Shown here in pieces: positions 44,900-45,418 of a stretch of 45,418 nt of DNA. The notes below the pieces were generated by a model. That model searched no databases and was not told the origin of the DNA. It saw only the letters and a program-made list of their open reading frames with translations. Positions within the stretch are counted from its first letter, which is position 1; every line of letters starts with the position of its first letter. The position numbers and the translations under genes were made by a program. Source of the DNA: Gemmatimonadota bacterium (GTDB taxonomy: Bacteria > Latescibacterota > UBA2968 > UBA8231). The stretch is from the NCBI GenBank assembly GCA_038128265.1, contig JAYPJE010000034.1, positions 1 through 45,418 of the forward strand, given 5' to 3'.

Positions 44900-45418
44900 C
44901 TAGCGCAGCCCCATGGCATGGCGCACATTGCGCATCGTCTCGTCGACGATGGGACGCAAATATTCAACGCTGTGAGCAAGCACGCCGTCGATATAGGATG
45001 GATCGGCGCTGATTTCGGCATAGCGCGTCTGGATGGGCTCAATCTCCGCCATCACTACGTCGAGCACGCCCTTTTTCAAGTCGCCATAGCCCTTGCCGGC
45101 AAAGTGCGATTCGATCTCCTCTTTGCCCTGCCCGCTCAGCGCCTGGTAGATGCCGAGTAGATTGTTAACGCCCGGACGATGCTCGTCAAAGACGATTTCG
45201 GTCTGCGAATCGGTAACGGCGCGCATGATGGTCTTCTTGATCTTGTTGGGCGGATCGAGCAGCTCGACGCTGTGGAACTGTCCCTCGCCCGACTTGGACA
45301 TCTTTTTGGTCGGATCGTCGAGCCCCATGATGCGCGCACCCACTTGGCGGATCACGGGCTCAGGCACGGTAAAGACCTCGCCGAATTTGCGATTAAAGCG
45401 CTCGGCAATATCGCGCGT
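44900..45418 (-). CDS. trpS: Tryptophan--tRNA ligase, C-terminal part (5' end outside the window)
   Basis: Motifs TRDIAERFN, RIMGLDDPTKKMSKS, RAVTDS, RPGVNNLL and GYGDLKK. Confidence 0.97.
   Translation of the reverse strand, partial: TRDIAERFNRKFGEVFTVPEPVIRQVGARIMGLDDPTKKMSKSGEGQFHSVELLDPPNKIKKTIMRAVTDSQTEIVFDEHRPGVNNLLGIYQALSGQGKEEIESHFAGKGYGDLKKGVLDVVMAEIEPIQTRYAEISADPSYIDGVLAHSVEYLRPIVDETMRNVRHAMGLR

Overview
A GC-rich bacterial chromosomal window with about 39 CDSs. I see no rRNA, tRNA, CRISPR array or mobile element. A C-terminal dockerin/EF-hand-like tag and a DUF6785-type membrane protein suggest an FCB-group candidate phylum such as Ca. Latescibacterota; this is inference only. Layout: (1) 1-7694, a putative acid-sugar catabolic module (RspA/ManD dehydratase, uppP, HpcH aldolase, heparinase II/III-like protein, DUF6785-like membrane protein). 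(2) 7703-15439 and 24558-32818, two halves of a surface-glycan locus (priming transferase, GT2/GT4s, Wzx flippase, PMM, epimerase, methyltransferase, deacetylase, DegT aminotransferase, GT-C enzyme). (3) Between the halves, a tandem YjbQ-like protein, sixA and a 2396-aa secreted Ig-repeat protein with an ABC-ABC-AB higher-order repeat. (4) A PTS EIIA and a BatA/vWA protein. (5) A tightly coupled minus-strand gene run: trpS, chorismate mutase, tyrA, aroA-like, 46-aa microprotein, aroE, argS, 56-aa Zn-finger microprotein, aroK, aroB, rimO, DUF971. The most striking observation is a full-length AroA/EPSP-synthase homolog in which almost every catalytic residue is replaced (a candidate pseudoenzyme), lying in the shikimate operon with two microproteins absent from the ORF track. 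Also notable are two genes with strong Shine-Dalgarno sites but no canonical start codon, and a double YjbQ-fold protein with complementary motifs. All family calls come from motif recognition by eye, not database searches.
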